The notes below the pieces were generated by a model. That model saw nothing but the letters and a program-made list of their open reading frames with translations, did no database searches and had not been told where the DNA came from. Positions 1 to 10,400 of a stretch of 64,000 nt of DNA are shown in pieces (position 1 is the first letter of the stretch; every line of letters starts with the position of its first letter). Position numbers and translations under genes: made by a program. Origin of the DNA: an uncultured Rivularia sp. (GTDB taxonomy: Bacteria; Cyanobacteriota; Cyanobacteriia; Cyanobacteriales; Nostocaceae); contig OY762007.1 in assembly GCA_963665115.1 (NCBI GenBank), positions 6,560,001-6,624,000 of the forward strand. Reading direction: 5' to 3'.

Positions 1-2
1 AT

Positions 3-290
3 CAAAAATCTGTGGGAAGCGTCGGTGGTAAAATTGTTGCAATTATCGAACAACAAGCCGATATTTATATTTCACTTTCAGGTAAATCCGCACCCAAAGA
101 TTGGGATATGGCTGCACCAGAATTAATATTAACCGAAGCAGGCGGAAAATACACTCATTTTGACGGAACTCCATTACAATACAACACTGGAGATATTAAT
201 CAATGGGGTGGTTTATTAGCCAGTAATGGTAAATGTCACGAAATGCTTTGTAAACAAGCAGAAACAATTATAGAAGAATTTGAGAAATAG
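3..290 (+). CDS. cysQ: 3' end of inositol monophosphatase family protein (3'(2'),5'-bisphosphate nucleotidase CysQ-like), partial at window edge
   Basis: SVGSVGGK and PKDWDMAAPELILTEAGG match the IMPase C-terminal WDxAA motif; frame is open to the window start. Confidence 0.75.
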   Translation, partial: QKSVGSVGGKIVAIIEQQADIYISLSGKSAPKDWDMAAPELILTEAGGKYTHFDGTPLQYNTGDINQWGGLLASNGKCHEMLCKQAETIIEEFEK

Positions 291-378
291 GGAATTGGGG
301 ATTGGTAATTGGTAATTGGTAATTGGTAATTGGGCATTGGTAATTGGTAATTGGTAATTGGTAATTGGTAATTGGTAA
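291..378 (+). repeat. STRR heptamer tandem repeat (GGTAATT)n
   Basis: About 12 near-perfect ggtaatt/gggcatt units directly after the stop codon. Confidence 0.95.
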
Positions 379-400
379 ATTAGAATTATTTAGAAAGCTA

Positions 401-424
401 TAGGGAGCAAGATGCTCCCACTAC
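401..424. repeat. Short dispersed palindrome, family NNNNGCA-AGA-TGCNNNN-ACTAC (other copies 13690-13713, 58944-58967)
   Basis: gggagcaagatgctcccactac: 7-bp stem, AGA loop, CTAC tail. Confidence 0.8.
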
Positions 425-431
425 AAATAAT

Positions 432-1433
432 TTACTGTTCACTGTTCACTGATTCAATCGCATTTTTCAAAACTTCAGCATGAAATTCCCAAGATAAATT
501 GTCAACTGATAAACTTGGGATTCCTCTAATTCCATCTATTGCTAAACCTTGATTTATCAGTGTTTCTAAAATATGAAACTCTATTTCTGGATTTAATTTA
601 TTAAGAATTACGGCTTTCCAATCGGTACGAAGTAATGAAAGAGCTAGTAATATTCCTGTAGCTCCCCAATTAGATACTCCGCAAACTATTAAATAATCAC
701 ACTTAATTTTGCAGGCTATTTCTTCTCCATGACGAATGCTCGACGCAATAATTTCTCTGGGAATATTTCCCATTCCTAATTCATTACCACCATCACCAAT
801 TCCCACCGAGATGATTTTTTCAGACTCAAATAATAAATGTAATGGTGCCGTATAAGCCGTAACGTCTTGTCCTCTCATGTTACGGATAATATCATCTTTA
901 CTGGGACCGGCTCTTTCAATCGAAATTATATGAGATATTGGTGATGCTAAAGATTTCCAAAATTCTAAAAGCGATGTGACTGAATGTTGGTTTTCTTTAA
1001 CTTCCCCTACAGCGACAATATCTAAAGGTATATCCTTAGAAATTCCTGCTGCAACAACTGCTGTTTTTACGGTTTGATAACACAAAGAATCAGTTACAAT
1101 TCTTACCGATATTCCCAACTCATGCAAAGTCGCGGCTAATAACGCACTGCCTATAGGACCATCGGTTTCGGGGCATGGTGGATTGCCGTTAGGCATGAAA
1201 AAACCTGTAACAATCGCCACATTGGGATGAGGATGTTCCGCAATTGAACGAGCTGCTCCTAACAATCCTCCTTTAGCTACTTTCACCAAAGACTCAATTC
1301 CTCTACCTACATCTTGCGAACAAATACTTTCTAAGCGAGCTATTTTATCTAAAGTTTCGCGCTCATCACGACTGTGGCGATTACCTCCGGTAGAGCTTCG
1401 CTTAACGCATTGCGGTTTTTTTGTCATCAGCAA
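432..1433 (-). CDS. DUF4392 / glutamate cyclase C-terminal-like domain protein
   Basis: Motifs ETDGPIG, SIERAGP, GIGDGGNELGMG, VSNWG; true start probably somewhat downstream of the ORF start. Confidence 0.8.
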   Translation of the reverse strand: MLMTKKPQCVKRSSTGGNRHSRDERETLDKIARLESICSQDVGRGIESLVKVAKGGLLGAARSIAEHPHPNVAIVTGFFMPNGNPPCPETDGPIGSALLAATLHELGISVRIVTDSLCYQTVKTAVVAAGISKDIPLDIVAVGEVKENQHSVTSLLEFWKSLASPISHIISIERAGPSKDDIIRNMRGQDVTAYTAPLHLLFESEKIISVGIGDGGNELGMGNIPREIIASSIRHGEEIACKIKCDYLIVCGVSNWGATGILLALSLLRTDWKAVILNKLNPEIEFHILETLINQGLAIDGIRGIPSLSVDNLSWEFHAEVLKNAIESVNSEQ

Positions 1434-1557
1434 AAAAGTAGGAGAGTTGAAGGATAAATAATTTCACAACCTAACTTGGATTAGATTTTAGATTAAACCG
1501 CAACTCCGATGAGGAAGAATTTGCAAATAATTAATCCATAATCCAAAATCGAATCGA

Positions 1558-2336
1558 TTACCAGGAAAAATGGTCATCTTTAACGTCTGTAACGAACATA
1601 TATCCCGGAGCGTGAGTAATTGCGATTTCTGGCTTTGCTTGAAGAATCGCGATTTGAGTTGTCACTCCACAAGCCCAGAATACAGGAATTTCCCCTTCAG
1701 CAATTGTTACAGCTTCACCAAAATCGGGAGCATCTATGTTTGTAATGCCAATTTCTTCGGGAGAGCCAAAGTGTATCGGCGTACCGTGAGCTTTAGGAAA
1801 ACGACTGGTAATTTGTACCGCACGAACAATGTCTGCTGGAGACAAAGGGGACGCATCGACACTACTAAAGGAGCAGAAAAATCTCCTGCTGTGTTGCAAG
1901 CAATATTAGTTTTGTACATTGGCACATTTTTACCTTCTTGGATATGTCTGACAGGAATTCCTTCATCCATCAACGCTGCTTCAAAGGAAAACGAACAGCC
2001 AACCAAGAAACCCACAAAATCATCTTGCCAAATATCGGAAACATCAGCGACTTCTTCCTGGAATTCTCCATCACGAAATATATGGTATCGCGGTAAATCC
2101 GTTCTCAAATCCGCACCAGCAGCAACGATTTCGGGTTCGGGATTTCCTACTTCCGTAACATCTAGCAAAGGACAAGGTTTGGGGTTGCGAGTGCAAAACA
2201 CTAAAAAATCAAATGCCAACTTTCTTGGTAAAACAACTAAATTTGCTTGTAGATATCCACAGGCAATTCCAGGAGTCGGAAAGTGAAATGCTCCTTGACG
2301 ACATTGAAACCGGACTTCACTGGGAGATAAATCCAT
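1558..2336 (-). CDS. DUF1445 putative hydro-lyase (YcsI / D-glutamate cyclase N-terminal-like), frameshifted at G-run 1847-1850
   Basis: ORF 1734-2336 ([30 protein letters not shown]) continues in ORF 1558-1899 ([28 protein letters not shown]). Confidence 0.85.
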
Positions 2337-2773
2337 AATTCATCAACTTTTTTAGATTTATTTGTCGCAGGTAAATGGTAATTAAATTTTAAATACCACC
2401 TTTACCCTACAATCAATCTATTGCTTATTTCGGTATTAATTGTCTGTGTCTATTGAACCAATATAGTTTGATGCTGAATATATTCTTGACTACACCTAAA
2501 ATCAGGTAGTTCTTTTAATGCTGCTAGTTTTTGACAATCCCAATTTTGAACAAATATTTTATCCTACACCCTCGAAGGGTGCGGCTATACAAACAAAGCC
2601 CACCTGCGTAGACTCTTTATTAATTCGGTATGTACTTATAGTTACGATAAATAACTTTTTACTTCTCTTTTTTTACTTAATCCTTAGTTATAAATAATTC
2701 ATCAAGTTACTTGCAGGTAGGTAATCGTAGTAAAGGCTGACAACGAATAAATCATAAGTAGAAGCATTGATAT

Positions 2774-3736
2774 TTGTTTATATCTTGCAGAAAATATCTC
2801 TCTTTTATTTGTATAGCTCTACCATTTGCATTATTGATATCTACCATAAAAACTTATACAAATCTATCTAATAAAAATAAAATTATTGCTTTCCAAAGTA
2901 TTGGAATTAGTTTGTACCGTTTAATAATTCCTACATTGGCGATCGCCCTTATTTTCATAATACTCATGTTCGTTTTCCAAGAGTTGATTATTCCTCCTGC
3001 AAATTACCAAGCAGCGATGGTTTTAGAAAATCAGTTAGATATAGATAGAACCCAATTAGCCAAGTACAACAAAAAAGAGATTATCTATCAAGAATTTGAA
3101 ACCGATAATAACCAAAAACATTTAAAACTACTATTTTTCGCCGATAACTTTGATGGTGAAAAAATGAGAGATATTACCTTACTCAAATTTAAAAATCGAA
3201 AAATTAGACAATTTATAATTGCTCGCTCTACAAAATGGAATAATCAAACAAAACAATGGGAATTATTTTCTGGTAAATTCAAATTATTAAATAGCAACAA
3301 TACTTATGTTGTCAGTCAAGACTTCGATAAATTATCTTTAAGCTTAACTAGAAAAATATTTGATTATGCCAATCATCATCTTGATAATCGCGAAATGAAT
3401 ACTATCGATTTATATCGTAGACTAACAGTTGTCAAAAATACTGGGAATACAAAACAAATCCGTGAATTACAGATTAGCATCCAAGAAAGGTATGCAACAC
3501 CTGTTTCTTGTTTGATATTTAGCTTTCTTGGTTCAACTTTAGGGATAAGTTCGAGAAAACAAGCCAATCGCAATAGTTTGGGTATTGCAGCAATCGTTAT
3601 TTGCGTTTATTATTCAACTCAATTTTTGAGTACCGCTTTAAGTGTTGCAGAAGTAATTCCAGTATTTTGGGGAGTTTGGTTTCCTAATTTTAATGGTTTA
3701 TTAATTGGTTGGTTTTTATTGAAGTTTAAATGTTGA
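2774..3736 (+). CDS. LptF/LptG (YjgP/YjgQ) family permease, N-terminus apparently short
   Basis: ALPFALLIST...IIAFQSIGISLYRLIIP, periplasmic beta-rich region, C-terminal TM helices ending VWFPN. Confidence 0.75.
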   Translation: MFISCRKYLSFICIALPFALLISTIKTYTNLSNKNKIIAFQSIGISLYRLIIPTLAIALIFIILMFVFQELIIPPANYQAAMVLENQLDIDRTQLAKYNKKEIIYQEFETDNNQKHLKLLFFADNFDGEKMRDITLLKFKNRKIRQFIIARSTKWNNQTKQWELFSGKFKLLNSNNTYVVSQDFDKLSLSLTRKIFDYANHHLDNREMNTIDLYRRLTVVKNTGNTKQIRELQISIQERYATPVSCLIFSFLGSTLGISSRKQANRNSLGIAAIVICVYYSTQFLSTALSVAEVIPVFWGVWFPNFNGLLIGWFLLKFKC

Positions 3737-3823
3737 ATTACTCTGTCTATTTATATATTAAACTTTATTTTTATATATCGATATGATATAATTTTTTGGC
3801 AGATAAAAATAATAGAATTCAAC

Positions 3824-4186
3824 ATGAAAATGAAAAAATCTATTTTATTATTGCCAATTGCTGTTATCGTTATTTTCGCGGTTGTATTCTCATCAGTTTT
3901 TCTGCCTCGCATTAAGGTAGAAATTACAATACAGCCTCAATATCAATCAATTGCTAAAGCTGAGAAGAAAGATAGTATAGATAATTTAGATATAAATAAA
4001 CCGCATTGTATGGTTTTACATGGTGATGGCTATAAAGATGGAAAAATGACTAAAATTATCAATGAACATTATGATAAAGGATATCGCCTTAAGAGCTTTT
4101 CTGCTGTTCCTAGTAACATGACTCTCATCGGCAATAGTGCTTCTATAATGAGCTATACCTATTTTGCTCCAATGTGCAAAGAGTGA
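3824..4186 (+). CDS. Hypothetical protein with N-terminal membrane anchor
   Basis: 120-aa ATG ORF with hydrophobic N-terminus. Confidence 0.6.
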   Translation: MKMKKSILLLPIAVIVIFAVVFSSVFLPRIKVEITIQPQYQSIAKAEKKDSIDNLDINKPHCMVLHGDGYKDGKMTKIINEHYDKGYRLKSFSAVPSNMTLIGNSASIMSYTYFAPMCKE

Positions 4187-4248
4187 TAGCAAAAATCACA
4201 AAATAAGCATTCCTATTTCTAAATTTTAAGTTCGTCAATAAAAACTGG

Positions 4249-4656
4249 CTAATAATTTTTAGACGATAAAATATTATTACTCAAAACACCACCAATTTGA
4301 AGTCCAAGTACGCCACATCCAAAACTAATAGCAATAGTAATATATGATGTTTCAATAGGGCTGACACCATCAAATATTCCAGTTAAAGCACACACTTTAT
4401 AACCGAAACAAAAACCAGCAATTAATCCAAGTGTTGCTCCGATAGTACGAATAACCGAAAATCCATAGTTTCGAGTATCTTTATTCTTAAATAAATAAAT
4501 TATTGCCGTCAATCCACCGTATACCAATAGATAAATTAAAATCGATTGCTTAGTAGCTGGGTTGAGAGGTAAGGAAAGCATATATATTATTAAAGCAATA
4601 CAGCCAGCAAAGAATGCAATGCTTAAAATCAAGGAAACCTTTCTGTTTAAAGACAT
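4249..4656 (-). CDS. Hypothetical 4-TM membrane protein
   Basis: 135-aa ORF with four hydrophobic segments. Confidence 0.6.
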   Translation of the reverse strand: MSLNRKVSLILSIAFFAGCIALIIYMLSLPLNPATKQSILIYLLVYGGLTAIIYLFKNKDTRNYGFSVIRTIGATLGLIAGFCFGYKVCALTGIFDGVSPIETSYITIAISFGCGVLGLQIGGVLSNNILSSKNY

Positions 4657-4730
4657 GGTTTTAAAATTTATGTATCAATCTGATTTTTATAGCTTACATT
4701 CTTATCGTTCCATAATTAAAGGTTTTGCTC

Positions 4731-5069
4731 ATGTATCAATTAACTGAAGTAAATAAATACGTATTACTAGCTATCGGCTCTGGAGCTATAGGGGGATTAA
4801 TTCAAGCGATTATCCAAGATATTGTTAGTCAAATAAAAAATAGTCCAGTAAAAAACTTTGTTCAGAAAATAAAGCTTTATCTATCTTCTTGTATAACTGG
4901 CAGTATTTTAACCGGAATATTCGGTTTTATTCTTTTTGAATTTGATACCAATACACCAATCGAAAATACTAAAAAATATATAATCCCTTATGCAATAATT
5001 CTTCTACCTTTAATAACTTTAAGTACAGAGCTATTAACAAATTTTGTATTTAAAAAACAAGATAATTAA
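4731..5069 (+). CDS. Small 3-TM membrane protein (paralog 1)
   Basis: ATG at 4731; aligns with the downstream paralog; ends NFVFKKQDN. Confidence 0.7.
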   Translation: MYQLTEVNKYVLLAIGSGAIGGLIQAIIQDIVSQIKNSPVKNFVQKIKLYLSSCITGSILTGIFGFILFEFDTNTPIENTKKYIIPYAIILLPLITLSTELLTNFVFKKQDN

Positions 5070-5074
5070 TATTT

Positions 5075-5165
5075 GTAGGGTGTGTTGTCACAGAGTGCAA
5101 CGCACCATTCATTTACCATTAATCAATATTTAGGTGCGTTAGACTGAAGTCATAACGCACCCTAC
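5075..5165. repeat. GTAGGGTGCG-type REP-like palindromes, an inverted pair (related copies ~5646-5678, 19916-19978, 22027-22096, 34348-34362)
   Basis: gtagggtgtgttg...caacgcacc and ggtgcgtta...taacgcaccctac. Confidence 0.75.
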
Positions 5166-5289
5166 GACTATAATTTTTTTTTGTATAAAAGATAGGGTAA
5201 TTTATCGAAGTTAATCAGCCAATATGCTATGATTTAATGATTTATTTGTAAACATTTTTAATCTAATTTTGAGTTGAAAGGTTTTAATT

Positions 5290-5641
5290 ATGCATAAATT
5301 TAGTGAAATAGACAACTATATGCTATTAGCCCTGCTATTAGCTATTGCTTCCGGCGCTTTAATAGGGTTAATTTCGCAATTGATAAAAGATATTTTTAGT
5401 AAAATTAGTAATCAACCAGCACCAAGTAATATTTCAAAGTTAAGGGTCTTATGCTGATGCTAGTTTTATGTTTGCTATACCGATGGGGATGATTGCTTTT
5501 ATTGGCTTAATTTTTAATACAGCTACACCAATAAAAAACGTTAGAGAATTTATCTTTCCCTATATAATAATTGGGATGCCTTCAATGGTTTTAGTAATAC
5601 AGATATTCCAAAATTTTGTATTTAAAAAACAAGATAATTAA
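5290..5641 (+). CDS. Small 3-TM membrane protein (paralog 2), +1 frameshift at GGG 5444-5446; not in ORF track
   Basis: MHKFSEIDNYMLLALLLAIASGALIG...; removing one G gives a 116-aa ORF ending NFVFKKQDN, collinear with 4731-5069. Confidence 0.75.
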
Positions 5642-5701
5642 TATTTGTAGGGTGTGTTGTCACGGAGTGCAACGCACCATCCAAAAGATAATTGCGATTA
5701 A

Positions 5702-6040
5702 TTAACTATCACCAGTAACTTCATCTTGCTTCCTAGAAAACAACTTTGAATATCCAAATACAAGTGAATTTGACAAAATAGTAGAAACTATTAATAAAGA
5801 TGAGTAAATAACAATCATTTGTATAGGTTTCGAGTCAGCATAATTAAAAGCATAAAATATTACACCTAAAAAAAGACCATAAGTGAAACCTGAAAGCAAA
5901 CACTGCTTTGTAATCGTTTTAAAATTTGCGATATATCTCTTTTTTACAACCGTTTCAAATAAGCTATCAATAGCCCTGACGGAAGCAGCAGAAAAAATCC
6001 CAGCAGATACGGCAGTTATGGCAATTTTTGCAGATAACAT
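5702..6040 (-). CDS. Small 3-TM membrane protein
   Basis: 112-aa ORF with hydropathy layout like its neighbours. Confidence 0.55.
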   Translation of the reverse strand: MLSAKIAITAVSAGIFSAASVRAIDSLFETVVKKRYIANFKTITKQCLLSGFTYGLFLGVIFYAFNYADSKPIQMIVIYSSLLIVSTILSNSLVFGYSKLFSRKQDEVTGDS

Positions 6041-6211
6041 AACTCAAATATTTTCACAGAGGGCGTACATAAATATAATCCCACAACAACGCAATTGATG
6101 AAGCGTTTGATTTTTGTAAATATTCATTTTAATTGACGCGAAAAACCCAATCCCAAAAATGTAGAGACGTAATATATTACGTCTCCCTATAATTCCAACC
6201 ACAAACGAGCA

Positions 6212-6655
6212 TCAATCTTGCGATTCACGATACCCATAAAAGTTAACGCTGTAATCAGTTATCTTAACTCCCGTCTTCTCTTCTACATAACGAAGCACTT
6301 CTAATGGTAATTCTAAATGAACGTCTAAAATTTGATTTGTATCCAAACAGTTAACATGACTGTGAGAATCGCTAATATTTCCGTACAAACGCCCATCGCA
6401 GCGTTCGATACATTCAATAATACTTCCAGAAGATAGCGCTTCTAAATTCTGGTAAACGGATGTATGTCCAATTTCTTTACCTTCTAAATTCAACCTATCG
6501 TAAATTTCACGAGCAGAAAGATGTTCGTTTGCTTTCCACAATAACTCTAAAATGTAACGACGCTGACGGCTAACCCGCATCCCCTGAGTTTGACATCTTT
6601 CTAATGCGTCTTCTAAGGAACGAATTGGGTTTGTAGATAATGTTTGTTTTTGCAT
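6212..6655 (-). CDS. furC: Fur-family regulator FurC/PerR
   Basis: IRSLEDALERCQ..GMRVSRQRRYILELLW..HLSAREIYDRL..IGHTSVYQNL..HSHVNC resembles Nostocales FurC; ATG at 6655. Confidence 0.85.
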   Translation of the reverse strand: MQKQTLSTNPIRSLEDALERCQTQGMRVSRQRRYILELLWKANEHLSAREIYDRLNLEGKEIGHTSVYQNLEALSSGSIIECIERCDGRLYGNISDSHSHVNCLDTNQILDVHLELPLEVLRYVEEKTGVKITDYSVNFYGYRESQD

Positions 6656-7379
6656 ATTGGTATTTTTAACTATCAAAGTTTATTTTTTGTTTTATAGATG
6701 CAAAAATGAAAGTAACCCCACACATTATCCTTGACTCACATTTTCCAGCTTTATATCTATAAGGATGCAGTTTGATAGGAGATACTTTGGAAGGCTCGCA
6801 AAAGTCTAGTTTGTCACCAGTCAATCTAAAATAAACTCATTACCACTTTAGCTTAAAGTCACTACAAACGTCTACTTAAGGGCTAGATTTGCTGTTACAC
6901 GGCAATAATTTATTAAGAAAGGGAGTGGGGAGTAGGGAGTAGGAAAGGTACTAAGTATTTTTCGCATCCTGTTATATTTCCTGAAAAAAGCTGCGAGTTT
7001 GACTTTTTCCGCAATCGTACTGAGTCACTATATTTATATTTTCTTTTCAATTAATTTACTAGGTAAGTGTAAATAATTAGATACTTTTAATTTTATCAGT
7101 AATCGCCCCTATTTTTTGCATTCACGAAAAAACAAGAAAGATAAGTATCGCAAGTTAAAACGAAAATAACTGTGGTTTCTACTTAAATCAAAAGCCTGGA
7201 AACTTGTAATTCAGTATATCTACTTATTCTCATATAGTATGGTGTATTTACATAATGTCAGAAAAGAAGCTCGAAAAGTTACGATTTTTCTCTCGAATTA
7301 AGCACATCTACTGAACGGTATTTTCTGAAATTGACAAACCAGTTAATAACCGTAATTCCAATTAACCAGATTTAACAGG

Positions 7380-9639
7380 GTGATAAAAATGCAGAGTAAT
7401 TCAAATGAAACTCCGAGCATGAATAATGGTTTTAATAATTCTCCTCGGAGAATGCCGATCTTAGATATGAACTCGCCATCCGCACCTCGCCAAATGCCCA
7501 GTAGCGATATGGATGCTTCATCATCTTACGGACATATGCAGAAAGTTTTGGTAGAGATGCGCGTACCCAACAATCAAGGTGTATTGGCTGCATCTAGAAC
7601 TGCTGCACAAATCAATGTAGGTAGTTTCAGGTTTGATGCCAGCTACGAACCGATAACCGTTAATCCTAGTGGCGAGCAAGTATCTAGCATACGAGCTCAT
7701 AACGAAGAAACAGTTATCGTGCGGGGATCGATCGAAGAAAGCGATATTCAAGAATTGGAATCACAATCTAATGTAGTCAAAGTTTATAAAGACACCCCCA
7801 TTGCACCTTTCGACATTGCCTTATTAGAAAAAAACAAAGATTTAGTCGCACCGATGGAAGGGGCGCAAGATTGCCCGATCGGTACCTGCGACTGCTCCCC
7901 AACCACAGCCAAGGGAACTATGGCTGATGTCGCCAAGTATTTTGGTGCAGATCAAATTTGGTCGGCTGGATTTAAAGGAGAAGGTATTGTTGTTGGTATT
8001 GTCGATGGTGGAATAACTGCTGAAGGCCGCGATTGTGGTCCTTCAGAAACCATTCGTCGCGTCAAAAATGTTATCGGTGGCCCCCGCATCCGATTGGGGA
8101 ACTACTGCTAAGGAATGGGGCGAACACGGTAATATGTCCGCTACCGATGTATTGGGAATGGCACCCGCAGCTAAACTTTACGATTGTCGGATTGCTGGTG
8201 GTGATGCAGTTTCCAATGCTTTAAAAGTATTCGATTGGGCAATTAAACAGTACCAAACCGACGGTACCCCACAAATTCTCACCAACAGTTGGGGAATTTA
8301 TCAAGAAAGCTGGGATGAATTTTACGCAAATAATCCCGAACATCCCTTTACCCGGAAAGTTGTTGAAGCGATCGAACTAGGCATTTTAGTATTATTTGCA
8401 GCAGGTAACTGCGGAGGAAGTTGTCCGAGCCAAAGATGCGGAACTGATTTTGGTTCTGGTAAGAGCATCTGGGGTGCAAACGGACATCCTTTAGTTATGA
8501 CTGTTGGTGCAGTTAATAAAGAAGAACAGTTTATTGGTTACAGCAGCCAGGGGCCAGCATCTTTAGACGATCAAAAACCAGATTTTTGCTCGGTAAGTCA
8601 TTTTAAAGGTTATTTTGCCAGCGATAACGGTACCTCAGCAGCTTGTCCGATTGCTGCTGGTGTAGTAGCGTTGCTCAAACAGGCTAAATCTGACTTAAAT
8701 CAGCAAGAAGCCAAAGATTTACTCAAAAATACCGCGAAAAATATCGGCGAACCCGGTTTTGATCATCATTCCGGTGCTGGAATTATTCAAGCAAAAGCAG
8801 CATTCGACCAGCTTTTACCTCAACAGCCAAAATGGCACGAATGGGAAAGTTGGGGAGGCAACAGTTTTTATGCACCTGCGGTAGTATCTTCTGGAGAAAA
8901 TCATCTTGATGCCTTTATCGTTGGTGGTGACAGCGCTATCTATCGTAAATCTTGGCATGAAGACAAAAATCCCGGCGAGTGGGAGAAGATAGAAGGTTTT
9001 AGTTTAGGTAGTCCTGCGGTATTAGCCCGTGACTTAAACAACATCGATTTATTCATTATTTCCCAAGACAGAACCTTACAGCGTAAATGCTGGGACGGTA
9101 AAATTTGGGGTGAATGGGAAAATTTAGGTGGTGTATGCAAGCACGGTGTTGCCGCCGCCGCTTGGGGTAGCCGATTAGATTTATTTAGCGTAGCTGCCGA
9201 CAATGCCGTTTGGCACAAATTCTGGGATGGAAGTTGTTGGAGTGAATGGTTATCTTTGGGCGGTATAAGTTTAGGTGCCCCCGCAGCAGTTTCTACCACC
9301 GAGAATTCCGTTGACGTATTTATTAAAGGTTGCGATCGCGCCATATATCGCAAAACTTGGAATGGCACATCGTGGAGCAGTAATTGGGAAAGCTTAGGTG
9401 GAGAATGGGCATACTCCCCCGCAGTCACTTCCGGAAATGGCGATCGCCTCGATGTATTTGCAGTCGGTACCGATAACGCCGTATACCGCAAAGTATGCAA
9501 TGGTTCCGTTTGGGGTGAATGGGAAAACCTCGGTGGAGCATCACTATCCGCACCCGCAGCCGTATCCTCAGCACAAAGCCGCATTGATATATTTGCCGTC
9601 GGTGCCGATAGTGCCTTGTATCACAAGTGGTTGAGTTAA
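7380..9639 (+). CDS. S8 subtilisin-like serine protease with C-terminal Trp-rich repeat (PLL-lectin-like beta-propeller) domain; +1 frameshift at C-run 8081-8085
   Basis: Triad motifs GIVDGG, EHGNMSA, NGTSAACP and oxyanion AAGN; about six W..WE.LGG...PAA repeats. Confidence 0.85.
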
Positions 9640-9757
9640 TTTGGGGATAGGGCATGGGGCATTGGGCATCGGTAATTGGGAAGAAATAAAATTTTTAATT
9701 TCTAACTCCTAACTCCTAACTCCTAATTCTAGAGACGTAGCACTGCTACGTCTCTAC
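9640..9757. repeat. STRR repeats (GGGCATT, CTCCTAA) plus palindrome TAGAGACGTAGCACTGCTACGTCTCTAC (related copies 6161-6185, 22467-22492)
   Basis: Direct inspection of the sequence. Confidence 0.85.
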
Positions 9758-9815
9758 ACTCCCAACTATCAATCCAAAATCGTTTTGGTGCTAGTGTAAA
9801 ATGTCGTAGCTCAAT

Positions 9816-10298
9816 ATGACGGCAATGACTTTCACTATCGCAATTCCTAATAAATCTATTAACAGCTTGGATTTGTCTCCTGCAACAAAGGCAATCGATC
9901 AAATCCTTGCAGAGGATAATATCGCATTGAACGAACAGCAGTTATGTTTGGATATTCAATACGAATTAGAAGCGGGAGATCCACGGGAAATTTCTGAAAT
10001 TCCAGAAGTCCGATTGTGGTTTATTCGTTTGGATGCAAAATACCCGTGGCTTCCATTTTTACTGGATTGGCAATCTGGGGAGTTTGTTCGTTATGCTGCA
10101 ATGTTAGTTCCACATCAGTTTAGTTCTAAAGAAGGTATTCAGTATAATCCCGAAGCTTTAGAAATATTTCTGATGCAAAAAACCTTTCTTCTCAAAGATT
10201 GGTTGGAAAAACACAACATTCCCAGTCAATCTCGAATCAAGTCAATGGCGAAATTGCTGGGTTATGATTTGGATGATGAGCTATTCGCAATGCTGTAA
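9816..10298 (+). CDS. crr6: CRR6 family NDH-1 maturation factor (DUF1817)
   Basis: DPREISEIPEVRLWFIRLDAKYPWLPFLLDW..RYAAMLVPHQF. Confidence 0.85.
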   Translation: MTAMTFTIAIPNKSINSLDLSPATKAIDQILAEDNIALNEQQLCLDIQYELEAGDPREISEIPEVRLWFIRLDAKYPWLPFLLDWQSGEFVRYAAMLVPHQFSSKEGIQYNPEALEIFLMQKTFLLKDWLEKHNIPSQSRIKSMAKLLGYDLDDELFAML

Positions 10299-10323
10299 TT
10301 GAAAAAAAAGGAATAGGGAACAA

Positions 10324-10358
10324 TAAAAAAACCCGGTTTTTTGAAAAAACCGGGTTTC
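10324..10358. terminator. Hairpin between convergent genes (AAACCCGGTTT palindrome family; related arms at 33064-33127)
   Basis: aaacccggttttt-g-aaaaaaccgggttt. Confidence 0.6.
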
Positions 10359-10400
10359 TATGTATCTTTAATTCTTATAATTCGGATTTAAAATACTATA

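Noticed and set aside
1570..2286. 238-aa plus-strand ORF
   Set aside because: Antisense to the well-supported DUF1445 gene and has no recognisable motifs.
8940..9584. 214-aa minus-strand ORF
   Set aside because: Antisense shadow of the protease repeat domain.
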